In this document: piece by piece, positions 1-10,382 of the stretch
How positions within the stretch are numbered: position 1 is the stretch's first letter
Layout of the letters: every line of letters begins with the position of its first letter
Origin: a virus
Virus record (IMG/VR): IMGVR_UViG_3300045988_122188
Strand: one strand, 5' to 3'
Length of the DNA: 64,000 nt
Position numbers and translations under genes: made by a program
Notes under the pieces: generated by a model
Database searches by the model: none
What the model saw: the letters and a program-made list of their open reading frames with translations, nothing else
What the model was told of the DNA's origin: nothing

Positions 1-1226
1 CAGTCAGGATTCATACATTTCAGAACCTTACTGCCATTCTCGTTGATGATTTTTGCTTCGCCACCGCAGGTTGGACAAGTATCTGGAATCTTGAATGTAT
101 TGCTTCTTGTCAGATTATCGTGTACTTTTGGAATTACCATATTACTACGATAAACCTGAATCGTATCGCCTGCACCAAGCTCTAATCCTTCAATGTAACT
201 TACATTATGTAATGTAGCTCTTGTGGTTTCTGCACCATCAAGATCAATTGGATCGAATACTGCGACTGGATTAATCAACCCTGTACGAGATGTATTCCAT
301 TCAATATCTCTGATTGTTGTTTCGTAGAGGTCATCAGACCATTTCATCGCAAGCATATTTAAGGGGAATTTACTCGTTGCCCCAAGAGATTTCCCATACT
401 GATAGTCGTTATAAGTGAAAATCAGACCATCAACAGGATATTCATATGCCTCTGGATCAAATTTCTCAATATATTCTTCAACATTATCTCGATCAACAAT
501 CTGATGTTCTACAACGTCAAATCCCTGCTCTGCAAGATATTTAAAACTATCAGCAATACTTGGCATTTCTTCTTCAGATACGCCATCAATTTTGACTAAC
601 TCAAATGCTTTGTAAGCAAGTTTTCTTTCCTTTGCTACATTCGCATCTAACTGCCTGATTGTACCTGCTGCCAGATTTCTTGCGTTCTTGTATTTACCAT
701 GCAACGCTTCATTGATTTTCTGGAAGTTTTCATAACTAATAACTGATTCGCCACGTACCTCAATACTACGCTTATCAGGAATCTCAAGAGGTAAATTGAA
801 AATCATACGTGCTGTATGAGTCACATCTTCTCCAATTTCGCCATTTCCCCTTGTAATTGCTTGTTTTAAGCGTCCTTTTTCGTACCTTAGTACCACCGTC
901 AAACCATCTTCTTTCCACGATAAAACACCAATTTTATCCGCAAGAAATTTTTTGACCTCATTGACATCCTTCGTCTTCTGAGCTGATAACATTGGGCGTG
1001 TATGCTTTACTTTAGCCAAAGAATCAATTATAAATCCTTGAACGTGGTGGATGGGTGAATTATTCAAAACAACGCCAGAATCTCTCTCAAGTCGTTCTAA
1101 AGCAGCGCATAAATCGTCAAATTCTTTATCTGAAATGAGCGGATTATCCTCTGCGTAGTACGCATATGAAGCATCATTGATTCTGTCGATCAAGACATTC
1201 ATTTCTTTCACATATTCAGTTTTCAT
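1..1226 (-). CDS. ligA: NAD+-dependent DNA ligase LigA, 5' part only; the gene continues past the window start
   Basis: Minus-strand translation from the ATG at 1226 gives MKTEYVKEMNVLIDRINDASYAYYAEDNPLISDKEFDDL... It has the adenylation KxDG motif (SWKEDGLTV), the RGNGEIGEDVT motif and a C-terminal CPTCGG...C Zn finger. It was not in the ORF track because it is open at the window edge. Confidence 0.85.
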   Translation of the reverse strand, partial: MKTEYVKEMNVLIDRINDASYAYYAEDNPLISDKEFDDLCAALERLERDSGVVLNNSPIHHVQGFIIDSLAKVKHTRPMLSAQKTKDVNEVKKFLADKIGVLSWKEDGLTVVLRYEKGRLKQAITRGNGEIGEDVTHTARMIFNLPLEIPDKRSIEVRGESVISYENFQKINEALHGKYKNARNLAAGTIRQLDANVAKERKLAYKAFELVKIDGVSEEEMPSIADSFKYLAEQGFDVVEHQIVDRDNVEEYIEKFDPEAYEYPVDGLIFTYNDYQYGKSLGATSKFPLNMLAMKWSDDLYETTIRDIEWNTSRTGLINPVAVFDPIDLDGAETTRATLHNVSYIEGLELGAGDTIQVYRSNMVIPKVHDNLTRSNTFKIPDTCPTCGGEAKIINENGSKVLKCMNPD

Positions 1227-1310
1227 AATTTTTGGATTTTCCTTTTCTTGTTTATATTGTTTAGTTAATTATTTTAATTTGTGTTTTCTATGTCTTTCAG
1301 TAACTGCCAA

Positions 1311-1949
1311 TTACTTCACTACATATATTTTTCTGTGCTGTTGCACATTTATTGTTTCGGAATGTGTTGATTTGAACACGTCTACATGCATTCCTTTTAC
1401 TTTGCCTCCGCAATCTTCTGCCACAAAGATTGTGTCACCGTATCCCTCAATCTTAACTCTTGTTCCATAAGGGATAATGTTTTTATCAACCGCAATCGTA
1501 TGATATGGTCGAGCAAATTTATGCCCTGCATGATTCCAAGCAATCTTAGATCCATATCCTTCAGAACATTCATAACATGGACAATATGCCGTGATCAAAA
1601 ATGTTCCAAGTGAACTCTTTTCAAGTTCTCGCTTTCGCTTCAGCCGCTGTCGTTTAATTCGCAATCGTTTCTTTCGAAGTTTTTCTAATCGAATCTGTCT
1701 TGCTTGCTCTTCATCAGCTTTCTTACATTTCTGATAATGCTCATGAACATCTTTTAATGCAACGCTTTGGCTGATTGGATTGTCTGAAATCACATTGCCT
1801 TGCTTATTTTCTGCAACAGTTGTCTCTGTTGATAAGGTTGAAGCCTCTACCGAGGGTCGCTCCTCTGCTTTAACCGTGTGAGTCATAAAGCCCGAACACA
1901 TTGCTAAAAAACTAAACGAGACAACTTTCATTAAAAATCTTTTTCTCAT
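1311..1949 (-). CDS. Secreted 3D-domain protein (MltA/YocH-like cell-wall-binding or lytic module)
   Basis: Signal peptide MRKRFLMKVVSFSFLAMCSGF... A Lys/Arg-rich linker precedes a C-terminal 3D domain (GTFLITAYCPCYECS...VAEDCGG...VDVF). The start is placed at 1949 because it has an RBS (AAGGAAAGGAAA) and lies downstream of the predicted promoter. Confidence 0.6.
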   Translation of the reverse strand: MRKRFLMKVVSFSFLAMCSGFMTHTVKAEERPSVEASTLSTETTVAENKQGNVISDNPISQSVALKDVHEHYQKCKKADEEQARQIRLEKLRKKRLRIKRQRLKRKRELEKSSLGTFLITAYCPCYECSEGYGSKIAWNHAGHKFARPYHTIAVDKNIIPYGTRVKIEGYGDTIFVAEDCGGKVKGMHVDVFKSTHSETINVQQHRKIYVVK

Positions 1950-1979
1950 TTTCACATTTCCTTTCCTTAGCATATTGGT

Positions 1980-2017
1980 ATCTTATCATACTTCTTGCAC
2001 CCTGTCAATAGGTGCAA
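1980..2017 (-). promoter_or_regulatory. Sigma-A-type promoter with an operator (copy A): -35 TTGACA at 2003-2008, 17-nt spacer, -10 TAAGAT at 1980-1985; inverted repeat TTGCACC/GGTGCAA over the -35 box
   Basis: Read directly from the sequence. A near-identical module recurs at 43997..44034 and 29885..29913. Confidence 0.6.
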
Positions 2018-2026
2018 AGAATAAAG

Positions 2027-4300
2027 TTAATTTTTTAGGCTTAACCAAGTGCGCCTCTTATTATGATTTGTCATAATACATCTCTTAAACGCTTCTGGCT
2101 CTGCAAGGAGTGCAAATCTTTTCTTAGCTCGTGTCAACATTGTATATAACATACAGTTATCAAGCAATTTGTAATGTGTATTGTCAATAATACCGATCAC
2201 AGTTTGCGCAGCTGATCCTTGAAGTTTATGCGTGGTTAATGCATATGCTAATTGCAGTTGTCCTAACTGAGCGAAAGAATATTCAATCAGCTTTTCTTCA
2301 ATATTTGCATTCATAGACACCAAACATATTTCTTTTTCTTTGTCAATCTCTGTAATGTATCCAATATCACCATTGAATACATCTCGCTCGTAATCATTTG
2401 AAGTCTGTAATACCTTATCTCCTAAATAGTATTTACGATCTTTGAATTCAACAAATGGTTTGTTACTACTAGCAAATAATTCTTTCTGTACTGCTTTGTT
2501 CAATTCATCTGTGCTGTTCGTACAATTACTTCTTCGTGGAGAAATAATCACAACATTGTCAAGCCCTTCCTCTTTGACAGATTTGATATACTGCTTTACT
2601 GCCATATTGAACAATGATTCTCTATTCTTCCTGAACAAATAAAACATATCATTTAGTTCACCATGAACAATTTTTAATTGTGGGCTATCCAATGGATTAA
2701 TCCCTCTGCGAATCTTTCTTGCATCCGTTAAAATACCAGATTTTTCTGCTTGTCTCATCGGTTTGGTAAGCTGTACACTATTTAAACCTTTCTTTTTCAA
2801 CAGATCCGAGAAAATATTACCAAATCCAATCGGTGGCAACTGCATATAGTCACCACAAAAAATTAATCGTGTTCCTGGTCGAATTGCCAATAAAAAATTA
2901 TAGAAAAGGCTCGCATTTGTCATGCTACTTTCATCCATGATTACTACATCAGCAGGTAATGGGTTATCTTGGTTATAACAAAAACTATCAATACCTTCTG
3001 CTACAAGTAACCTATGAATAGTCCGTGAGTCTAAGCCTGTTGCTTCTTTAATTCTTTGGGCTGCTTTTGCAGATAAAGCACACGCAACAATGCTATTATT
3101 TCTTTTTTGGTAGCATTTAATAATTGGTTTCAGAATTGTTGTTTTACCAGTTCCAGCTTCTCCAGAAATAAACACAACTTGGCAATTTAATGCTTTGTTA
3201 ACTCCTGTAATTTGTTCTTCTGAAAACATAAACCCTTCTTCATCTTCAACTTCAGAAATCGTCTGACTAATCTCACTATCTGTTATTGGTTCGTAATCTG
3301 TTGTATTTCCAAATGAATATTTCTCCATATCTTTAATAAATTCGTAAATATCCATTTCAATTTTATAATACGATTTCAGACCAATTTTATCTCCAGATGT
3401 ATATAAATAATTTGGTAATTTTTTATCTGATTCTTCATCAAACCATTCGTCAAATATAGGTAAGCATTCAGACGCTGCATTACTAATATTGCTTCTTAAA
3501 TTTTTGATATACACATATGTATGTCCATCATTATCACCAACTTGATGCAAGTCGTAAGAAATAAATGCGTTTAACCGTTGATTTGAGCATCGCAATTCTG
3601 GTTTTAATTTGAGCGCAATATCATCAACTCGTTTAAAGCCCATGCCCTTTACCCTAGTTAGTATATATGGATTTTGTTCAATCTGTTTTTTTAAAACACT
3701 TGGATTAGGTTCGGATTTCAATAATCTTTCAATCGTTGGTAACGTAACCCCATATGGTTGCAACATTACAACAATATCAGAAATCACATAGTTTTTAATA
3801 ATTTTATCTCTAAGCTTCTTCCAAGTTTTATCTCCTAGTCCTTTGATTTCTGAATGGTCAATCATCTCTAACTGACCATTCATTACATCTTCAACAACAT
3901 TAGGATATTTCGCAATTAACTGATCTGCGATCACTGCGTTCGTCTGTGTTTTTAAAAATACCTTTTGTGCTTCAAAAGTTTTAGGAACTTCAGCAACTAT
4001 AGAAAGTGGTTTATATTGGTATTCATTGTATTTCTTAGAATATGTCATATTGGCTTTAACCTTATATTTCGTTCCTAAATACAACTCCTGCATATTACCA
4101 ACCAATTTGCCACATTTATTCATTTTTTTATCGGATAAGTCATCAAAATCATTATTATTATATGGTTTACATTCTGGTAAATCTTCTGCTGTACAGAATG
4201 TGTAAATCCCAAATAAAGATTCTTCATTATAATAAATCTGATATAATGGGACAATCTCAAACTCATATTCTTTTGTACTATCCACCACTTTAGGCGACAA
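2027..4300 (-). CDS. recD2: RecD-like (RecD2-type) SF1 DNA helicase
   Basis: Walker A VFISGEAGTGKTT, Walker B VVIMDESSM, and the C-terminal motif LAYALTTHKLQGSAAQ. N-terminal HhH-like region. Confidence 0.85.
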   Translation of the reverse strand: MSPKVVDSTKEYEFEIVPLYQIYYNEESLFGIYTFCTAEDLPECKPYNNNDFDDLSDKKMNKCGKLVGNMQELYLGTKYKVKANMTYSKKYNEYQYKPLSIVAEVPKTFEAQKVFLKTQTNAVIADQLIAKYPNVVEDVMNGQLEMIDHSEIKGLGDKTWKKLRDKIIKNYVISDIVVMLQPYGVTLPTIERLLKSEPNPSVLKKQIEQNPYILTRVKGMGFKRVDDIALKLKPELRCSNQRLNAFISYDLHQVGDNDGHTYVYIKNLRSNISNAASECLPIFDEWFDEESDKKLPNYLYTSGDKIGLKSYYKIEMDIYEFIKDMEKYSFGNTTDYEPITDSEISQTISEVEDEEGFMFSEEQITGVNKALNCQVVFISGEAGTGKTTILKPIIKCYQKRNNSIVACALSAKAAQRIKEATGLDSRTIHRLLVAEGIDSFCYNQDNPLPADVVIMDESSMTNASLFYNFLLAIRPGTRLIFCGDYMQLPPIGFGNIFSDLLKKKGLNSVQLTKPMRQAEKSGILTDARKIRRGINPLDSPQLKIVHGELNDMFYLFRKNRESLFNMAVKQYIKSVKEEGLDNVVIISPRRSNCTNSTDELNKAVQKELFASSNKPFVEFKDRKYYLGDKVLQTSNDYERDVFNGDIGYITEIDKEKEICLVSMNANIEEKLIEYSFAQLGQLQLAYALTTHKLQGSAAQTVIGIIDNTHYKLLDNCMLYTMLTRAKKRFALLAEPEAFKRCIMTNHNKRRTWLSLKN

Positions 4301-7300
4301 CCCCCTTCACTTTCTTAATATCTTCTAGCCATTGTTTATATGGTTTAATTTTCTTTGCGATAACCTTCTCTTCTGAATCTTTTCTGCATAACATCGCAAT
4401 CTGATTTCCTTTGGTAATCATATCTTCATATTCTTTTAATTGCGAATGCCAGACGATTGCCTCAGTCAATCCAAAACTAGAATATAAATTCACATACGCA
4501 AATGTCTTTTTATTTTTGTCTTTCTTTTTATCAACTTTAGCGATCACTGCAACCACAGTACAATCATCTCCATTTTCAACATCTTGAAATTGTTTTGACA
4601 TATACTTGTATGCCTGATCAAATGGGTTATCGTTGATAAAGATTTGCAATGCTTCAAATTCCCAAAAATCTTCATTCTCAAGATATTTTTGATTCTGTGC
4701 GATAAATTTCTGAAATCGTTCTTTTTCCTTATCTTTGTACAATTCATACTTTTTATCGTTATAAACTTTCAATATTGCATCTTTGTCGTAATCATATTTC
4801 TTCTCACCTATACGGTAATCTTCAGCGTCAATATCCCATTTAATAAGTAATTGTTTGTAACTCGGTGCTTTTGCAACTGGCTTGAATGTTGTTGGCTGAT
4901 ACATAGATTTCAAATACTGAATTAAAGTTTTACGCTTATTCTTTGTTGGAATTGCACCTGCTTTGATCAACTGAATAACCTGTGATTTACTTGGATTAAT
5001 ACGTTCGCAAAAGTTTTCAAATCCTATGAATTTACCATTTTTATCACGGTCTTCAAGAATTACCTTTGCAATTTTTTCTCCAATGCCACTGATAGCCGAT
5101 AATCCAAACAATATATACACATCGTCAATACTGAAATTCATCATTGATTTGTTTAAGTTTGGTGGTAACACTTGAATCTTAAACGCCTTAGCATCAAGAA
5201 TATATTTATTTACCATTCCTGCCTTATCTTTATTGCGATTCAATAATGCCTTAAAAAAACACAACGCATAATGTTTCTTTAAAAACGCTGTTTGTAAGCA
5301 TAATACAGCGTAGGAGTACGCATGACTTTTGTTGAATAAGTATCCCCCTTTTTGGGATAATGTCTCGCTAATCTGTTTTGCAATTTCTTCGGGGTATCCA
5401 TTCTCAATAATCTCGTAATAAAGCTTTTTAGATTCAGACTTTACAAGTTCAATATTCTTCTTACCAATCGCCTTACGGAATAAGTCAGCTCCTCCATAAC
5501 TTCGACCACCAAATTTACGAACAATATCAAGTAATTGCTCCTGATAAATCATACATCCATACGTTTCCTTTAAGATTGGCTCCATATCTGGATGGATATA
5601 TGCAATTTTCTCTGGATGATGTTTATACTCAATGAATTCTTCTAAAACATCCATTGCATCTGGTCTATACAGTGCTAATACAGCTGCCAACTCTTCCATG
5701 TTTGAGACTTGTAACCTAACCAGCAAATCCTTCATACCAGCACTTTCGACCTGGAAAACACCATTCGTCATTGCACTACGCAATAATTCATATGATCCTT
5801 TATCCATTTCAAACTTTGGATTGTTAATATTTACATCAAACTCAGTTAACCCTGCGTCAATTTCGGCTTCTTTTACAGTGTTCAATGTAGCAACACCCAA
5901 AATATCAAATTTAATAATCCCAATCTCTTCAACGATACGTTTATCTACTTGGATGACGTGTTCTCCATCAGTTCCAAGTTTCATTGCCATATAATCGCTA
6001 ATATCTGTATCTACAATTCCAACACCACCTGCATGAGAAGATACTGTTTTTACTCTACCTGCAAGATGAGATGCAACGTCAAAAAGCTCTTCATATCTTG
6101 GATTCTCTGCTAAATCTCTGTTATTCCATAAAGATTCTTCAATCGTGTCATATACAAATTTTTTACTTAGTTTGTCCATCTCGTGATAATTGAACCCTAA
6201 AACCTTGCCAACATCTTTGATTGCCACAATTGGAGTAATAAAACTGAAATTGATAATCTGGCATACTCTGTTTTCGCCATACTTATCGATCAAATATTGG
6301 ATAATCTCATCTCGTGTACCAACATCTGTATCTGTATCTGGCATTGAAATTCGTTCTGGATTTAAAAATCTTTCAAAAATCAGTCCATATTTGATAGGAT
6401 CTAAGTCTGTAATTGTAATCGTGTAACACACCAAACTACCTGCACAACTACCTCGACCAGCACCAATTGGAATACCATTTTCTCTTGCAAAATTGATAAA
6501 ATCCCAAACAATCAAGAAGTATCCATCGAATCCCATTGAATGAATAATATCTAACTCATAATCAATTCTTTCTTTTCTGAGTTTCTGCTCATCTTCTGGT
6601 AATTTATCGAATCCTCGTTTTACCCACCCTGTATCAATCAGATACTTTAAATAAGAATAATTATCTTCAAATCCTTCTGGTAATGGGAAAGATGGTAACT
6701 GAGGTGCCTGAAATGGCATGTGAATTTCATCAATTAAATCTGCAATCCTATCAGTTTCTTCAAGTCCTTTAGTTACTGCGTCTTCTCCAATTTGGTTATC
6801 CATAATTGCATGAATTTCATCGTCAGATTGTAAATAACATCCTTCATAAATTTCTGCTGCGGTTTCAGTATCGTGAGCAAGCTTTACATGCCAGTTCTGA
6901 TAATACAGATCTTCTTTTCTAGCAGCGTGACTATCAGTTGTGATAATGTATGGTGTATTAGTGTCTACTGAAAGCTGTAAGATTTTCTGATTATATACCA
7001 TTTGATCCTGATGTGAATGTGACTGCATTTCTAAATAAAAATGTGGAAAAATCTCTTTGTATTCACGAACATATTTAACACATTTCTGATAATCTGGCTC
7101 TCTGGCAAGTTTAGATGCTAAACAAGCACTACTCACAACCAGATCCTTAGCATATGGTTTCAACGCATTCAGATCAATTCGTGGCTTATAGTAAAATCCA
7201 TGAAAATTTGAATCAGTTACCAATTGATTAATTGCTTTTCTACCATTCTCATTCTTTGCTAATACAATTAAATGGAAATATTTGCTATCCTTATTCTGTT

Positions 7301-7523
7301 CTGTCATATCAAAGCATTCATAAAATTCAACTCCAAAAATCAATTTAACACTTGGATATTTCTCATGAAGCTTATCATAATAGCACCAACTATACTCATT
7401 GCCATGTTCTGTGATAGCCAGGGCTTTTAGTCCTATCTCTTCTGCTCTTTGTAAGTTTTCTTCAGGTAATGCATATCCATCTAACAATGAATAATGCGAA
7501 TGTGTATGTAATGAACTGCTCAC
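4290..7523 (-). CDS. dnaE: DNA polymerase III alpha subunit (DnaE-type) with an N-terminal PHP domain
   Basis: PHP motif SLHTHSHYSLLDGY and the polymerase core GRGSCAGSLVCY...ERFLNPERISMPDTDTD. 1077 aa. Confidence 0.9.
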   Translation of the reverse strand: MSSSLHTHSHYSLLDGYALPEENLQRAEEIGLKALAITEHGNEYSWCYYDKLHEKYPSVKLIFGVEFYECFDMTEQNKDSKYFHLIVLAKNENGRKAINQLVTDSNFHGFYYKPRIDLNALKPYAKDLVVSSACLASKLAREPDYQKCVKYVREYKEIFPHFYLEMQSHSHQDQMVYNQKILQLSVDTNTPYIITTDSHAARKEDLYYQNWHVKLAHDTETAAEIYEGCYLQSDDEIHAIMDNQIGEDAVTKGLEETDRIADLIDEIHMPFQAPQLPSFPLPEGFEDNYSYLKYLIDTGWVKRGFDKLPEDEQKLRKERIDYELDIIHSMGFDGYFLIVWDFINFARENGIPIGAGRGSCAGSLVCYTITITDLDPIKYGLIFERFLNPERISMPDTDTDVGTRDEIIQYLIDKYGENRVCQIINFSFITPIVAIKDVGKVLGFNYHEMDKLSKKFVYDTIEESLWNNRDLAENPRYEELFDVASHLAGRVKTVSSHAGGVGIVDTDISDYMAMKLGTDGEHVIQVDKRIVEEIGIIKFDILGVATLNTVKEAEIDAGLTEFDVNINNPKFEMDKGSYELLRSAMTNGVFQVESAGMKDLLVRLQVSNMEELAAVLALYRPDAMDVLEEFIEYKHHPEKIAYIHPDMEPILKETYGCMIYQEQLLDIVRKFGGRSYGGADLFRKAIGKKNIELVKSESKKLYYEIIENGYPEEIAKQISETLSQKGGYLFNKSHAYSYAVLCLQTAFLKKHYALCFFKALLNRNKDKAGMVNKYILDAKAFKIQVLPPNLNKSMMNFSIDDVYILFGLSAISGIGEKIAKVILEDRDKNGKFIGFENFCERINPSKSQVIQLIKAGAIPTKNKRKTLIQYLKSMYQPTTFKPVAKAPSYKQLLIKWDIDAEDYRIGEKKYDYDKDAILKVYNDKKYELYKDKEKERFQKFIAQNQKYLENEDFWEFEALQIFINDNPFDQAYKYMSKQFQDVENGDDCTVVAVIAKVDKKKDKNKKTFAYVNLYSSFGLTEAIVWHSQLKEYEDMITKGNQIAMLCRKDSEEKVIAKKIKPYKQWLEDIKKVKGVVA

Positions 7524-7534
7524 TAACTTTCACC

Positions 7535-9283
7535 TCAATCCCAAATATCTTCGTCTAATTCTTCATCTGTTGTGATGCTCAGAACATTAATATCATCAAC
7601 CGCAATTTGATATTGTCTAATTCCGTTAAAGATATTAGTCTGTGCAGTTCCTACTAATTCAAATGTAACTGTGCCTTCGTCAGAAAAATCATTCATAATC
7701 CAATCATAAATCTTATTTTTTTCATTACATCTAAACATCACGCATGGAATATCATTAATCTTGAATTGCATTGTATCCATTTTCTTACCAACAACATTAA
7801 TTTCTTCCTTATTTAATGTGATATTCTCGACAGCAATCATCGGATCATCAATGCCCTGCCCGCGAATATCATCCAATTTAGACATTTCCTGTAGTAGTTC
7901 AAAATCTAATCTACAAGCATCTACAATGAAATCAACTCTATAAGTTGAATCATATTTAATATCTTTCAGCTTGTCGTTTAATTCTGTGAGTGCTCCAGAG
8001 ATATTATCTGTCGAACATCCAAATGCATTGGCGTGACCTTTTGCCCATAAAAATGAATTTGTTTCGGATATCACATCTTTCAAACTATCAATCGGGCTAT
8101 GGTCTACATTTCTTGCACTACCACTCATTTCTACTAATCCTGTTTCTGGATTAATATGTTTTCGTAATAACAAACATGGTCTGTTCATATCTTCAGCAAT
8201 CTTAATAGCAACCAATCCTGTCAAACTGCTATCTAATGTTTCTGTAACATCAAGAATAGTAATCTTACTATCTTTATCTTTTTCTGCCTCTTTCATAATA
8301 ATCGGAACCATCTTTTTCTTTTGACGATCCTGTTTGCCTTTAGCATTTTTGCATAATCGAGCGGCACGATCGTAAATATTCTCTTTGATTACTTCCGCAG
8401 GGTTGTTTTTTGTTGCTCTTTTCTTATAGTCAAATACCTCATAGTCTTCAATAAATGCTCTAAAAACTAATTCTTTATCTTTCAAAGAACCAAATCGTAC
8501 CATACCATTGATAATTGGAACGATATACCACTGAACATTATGGATATTAACAATACTATGCATTGAATAATCTTGTGCCTGAATTAGTGCTTTAAAGCAT
8601 TTATTCTGAATATTCTGAAGCCCTTTATCCACTAATCGACGTGTCTCAAATGATCTCATATCCATGACATCACCGATATTCGCTAATGCACATAAATCTA
8701 AATAATCATCAGCATAATTGATCCATAATTCGTCATCCATTGCTTGCAAAAATCTATAAACAACGCCTGCCCCACATAAGTCTTTGTTCTTATAGCGTGG
8801 ACTGCACTGGTTATTTACAATTACAACTTCCTCTGGCATTTTAATTTCAGATTCTTCTTTTTCATGGTGATCAAGAATTACAATCTGTACGCCACGATTT
8901 ACAAGTTCTGTACATTGTGCTACATCATTGGTGCCTGCATCTGGAATTATTAGAAGTTTCACGTCTTCAGGTATAGTAATATCTTCACTTAATCCATGAG
9001 CTTTTGCTTTTTTATGTAATAAGTAACAAATGTTACTCTTACCATCATAAAGTTCATTATTAATGCGATTTAAGTACATATATGCCATCGAAGCCGAGCA
9101 AAATCCGTCTACGTCCTCGTCAATTAAAATACCGATTTTATGTCCATTTTCAAGTGCAAAAATCGTTGTATTTACTGCATTTTTGATACCCTCTAAATCA
9201 GCATAATCTTGAATTACGCTATCATCGAGGTTCAAATACGTTTCATAATCATCAATCCCTCTATTTCTTAAAATTTCTGGCAC
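7535..9283 (-). CDS. DHH-family phosphoesterase (RecJ-like ssDNA exonuclease candidate)
   Basis: DHH motifs ILIDEDVDG, IIPDAGTND and VILDHHE. Confidence 0.6.
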   Translation of the reverse strand: MPEILRNRGIDDYETYLNLDDSVIQDYADLEGIKNAVNTTIFALENGHKIGILIDEDVDGFCSASMAYMYLNRINNELYDGKSNICYLLHKKAKAHGLSEDITIPEDVKLLIIPDAGTNDVAQCTELVNRGVQIVILDHHEKEESEIKMPEEVVIVNNQCSPRYKNKDLCGAGVVYRFLQAMDDELWINYADDYLDLCALANIGDVMDMRSFETRRLVDKGLQNIQNKCFKALIQAQDYSMHSIVNIHNVQWYIVPIINGMVRFGSLKDKELVFRAFIEDYEVFDYKKRATKNNPAEVIKENIYDRAARLCKNAKGKQDRQKKKMVPIIMKEAEKDKDSKITILDVTETLDSSLTGLVAIKIAEDMNRPCLLLRKHINPETGLVEMSGSARNVDHSPIDSLKDVISETNSFLWAKGHANAFGCSTDNISGALTELNDKLKDIKYDSTYRVDFIVDACRLDFELLQEMSKLDDIRGQGIDDPMIAVENITLNKEEINVVGKKMDTMQFKINDIPCVMFRCNEKNKIYDWIMNDFSDEGTVTFELVGTAQTNIFNGIRQYQIAVDDINVLSITTDEELDEDIWD

Positions 9284-9350
9284 AACATTAGAGGTATCAT
9301 TTGTGCCACCTTCATATAATTTGTATTTTATATGTATAACCTGCCTGTTC

Positions 9351-10379
9351 TTATTTAAGTGTATACAAATAGTTATTTAACAATAGTTCCCATTTTTTAG
9401 GATCATCAGTAGGTGATTCTTTTTCATCAAGGATTCCTTCTTTTGAGTTATCCATGATGTATGAAATCGGAACTCCATCAATAAAACGATCGCCAAGCTT
9501 TTGAATCTCTTCTAACTCAACATCTTTGTCAAAAATAAATACTACTTCAACTCCGAGTCTTGTTAACATATCAATTTGCTGTCTTGAAACTTGCTTGCCG
9601 CCAGTTGCTACAACATTTTGATATCCATATGACCATAGCTGCATGACAGCTTTTTCTGCTTCTGCAACATATACTCTTCCAACCCTTTCTATATAAGGTA
9701 GAGTTTTATTCAATCCGTATAAGATTCTTTGTCTAGCGCATGGCTCAATATATAAATATTTCAAATCATGTTTATCTAACTCTTTCTTGAACAATCGTCC
9801 TTTAACACCTACCAAATCACCAATTTCAGAAAAAATAGGTATTGTAATTCTGTTTGTATCTTCGTCATAGCCAATATTAAATTCTTTCTGTGTTAAATAA
9901 GTAATATGATCTTCATAAAACAGATCATTAACATAGTCCTTATAATAAGAAAGAATTCGTTTTGAAATTGGTTTGACTGGTTTATCTTCTTCGGTTTCTA
10001 TATTTTCTTTCATATCATGAATCAATTGAGTGATCTGCAAACTTTCTGGCAGTTGCTCATTAAAATCATGATAATAATCTATGCCGATCAAATTGGCTAG
10101 ATATTTTAAACCGTCTGGGAAAGACAGACTTTTTGTAAAGCATACCAAGTCAATTAAATCTGTCTGTCTTTCTTTTGCTGTCATTTTTCTTGTATAATTT
10201 GTGCAATTTAGGTTTTCGTTGTTATATGTAATAACTGCGGATTCATTATCCCCATCTTTATTTGCACAGCTCCAATATCCAGACGAATGATATTTAATAT
10301 GATGACAGCCTATATCTTTCAGAATATTTTCTACATAATTATTGTCGTATATATATTCTTTTAGCTGTGCTACATCCAT
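9351..10379 (-). CDS. DNA primase (Toprim domain, DnaG-like)
   Basis: Toprim residues VYVAEAEKAV...VVFIFDKDVELEE. N-terminal Cys/His-rich putative zinc-binding region. Confidence 0.7.
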   Translation of the reverse strand: MDVAQLKEYIYDNNYVENILKDIGCHHIKYHSSGYWSCANKDGDNESAVITYNNENLNCTNYTRKMTAKERQTDLIDLVCFTKSLSFPDGLKYLANLIGIDYYHDFNEQLPESLQITQLIHDMKENIETEEDKPVKPISKRILSYYKDYVNDLFYEDHITYLTQKEFNIGYDEDTNRITIPIFSEIGDLVGVKGRLFKKELDKHDLKYLYIEPCARQRILYGLNKTLPYIERVGRVYVAEAEKAVMQLWSYGYQNVVATGGKQVSRQQIDMLTRLGVEVVFIFDKDVELEEIQKLGDRFIDGVPISYIMDNSKEGILDEKESPTDDPKKWELLLNNYLYTLK

Positions 10380-10382
10380 AAC

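Noticed and set aside
1177-1613. Plus-strand ORFs 1177..1470 and 1386..1613
   Set aside because: Both are antisense to the well-supported ligA and 3D-domain genes. They have low-complexity hydrophobic translations and no RBS, so they are ORF-caller artefacts of AT-rich sequence. The same applies to the other short plus-strand ORFs in the track, including 2442..2642, 4644..4850, 31440..31766, 42069..42287 and 45684..46172.
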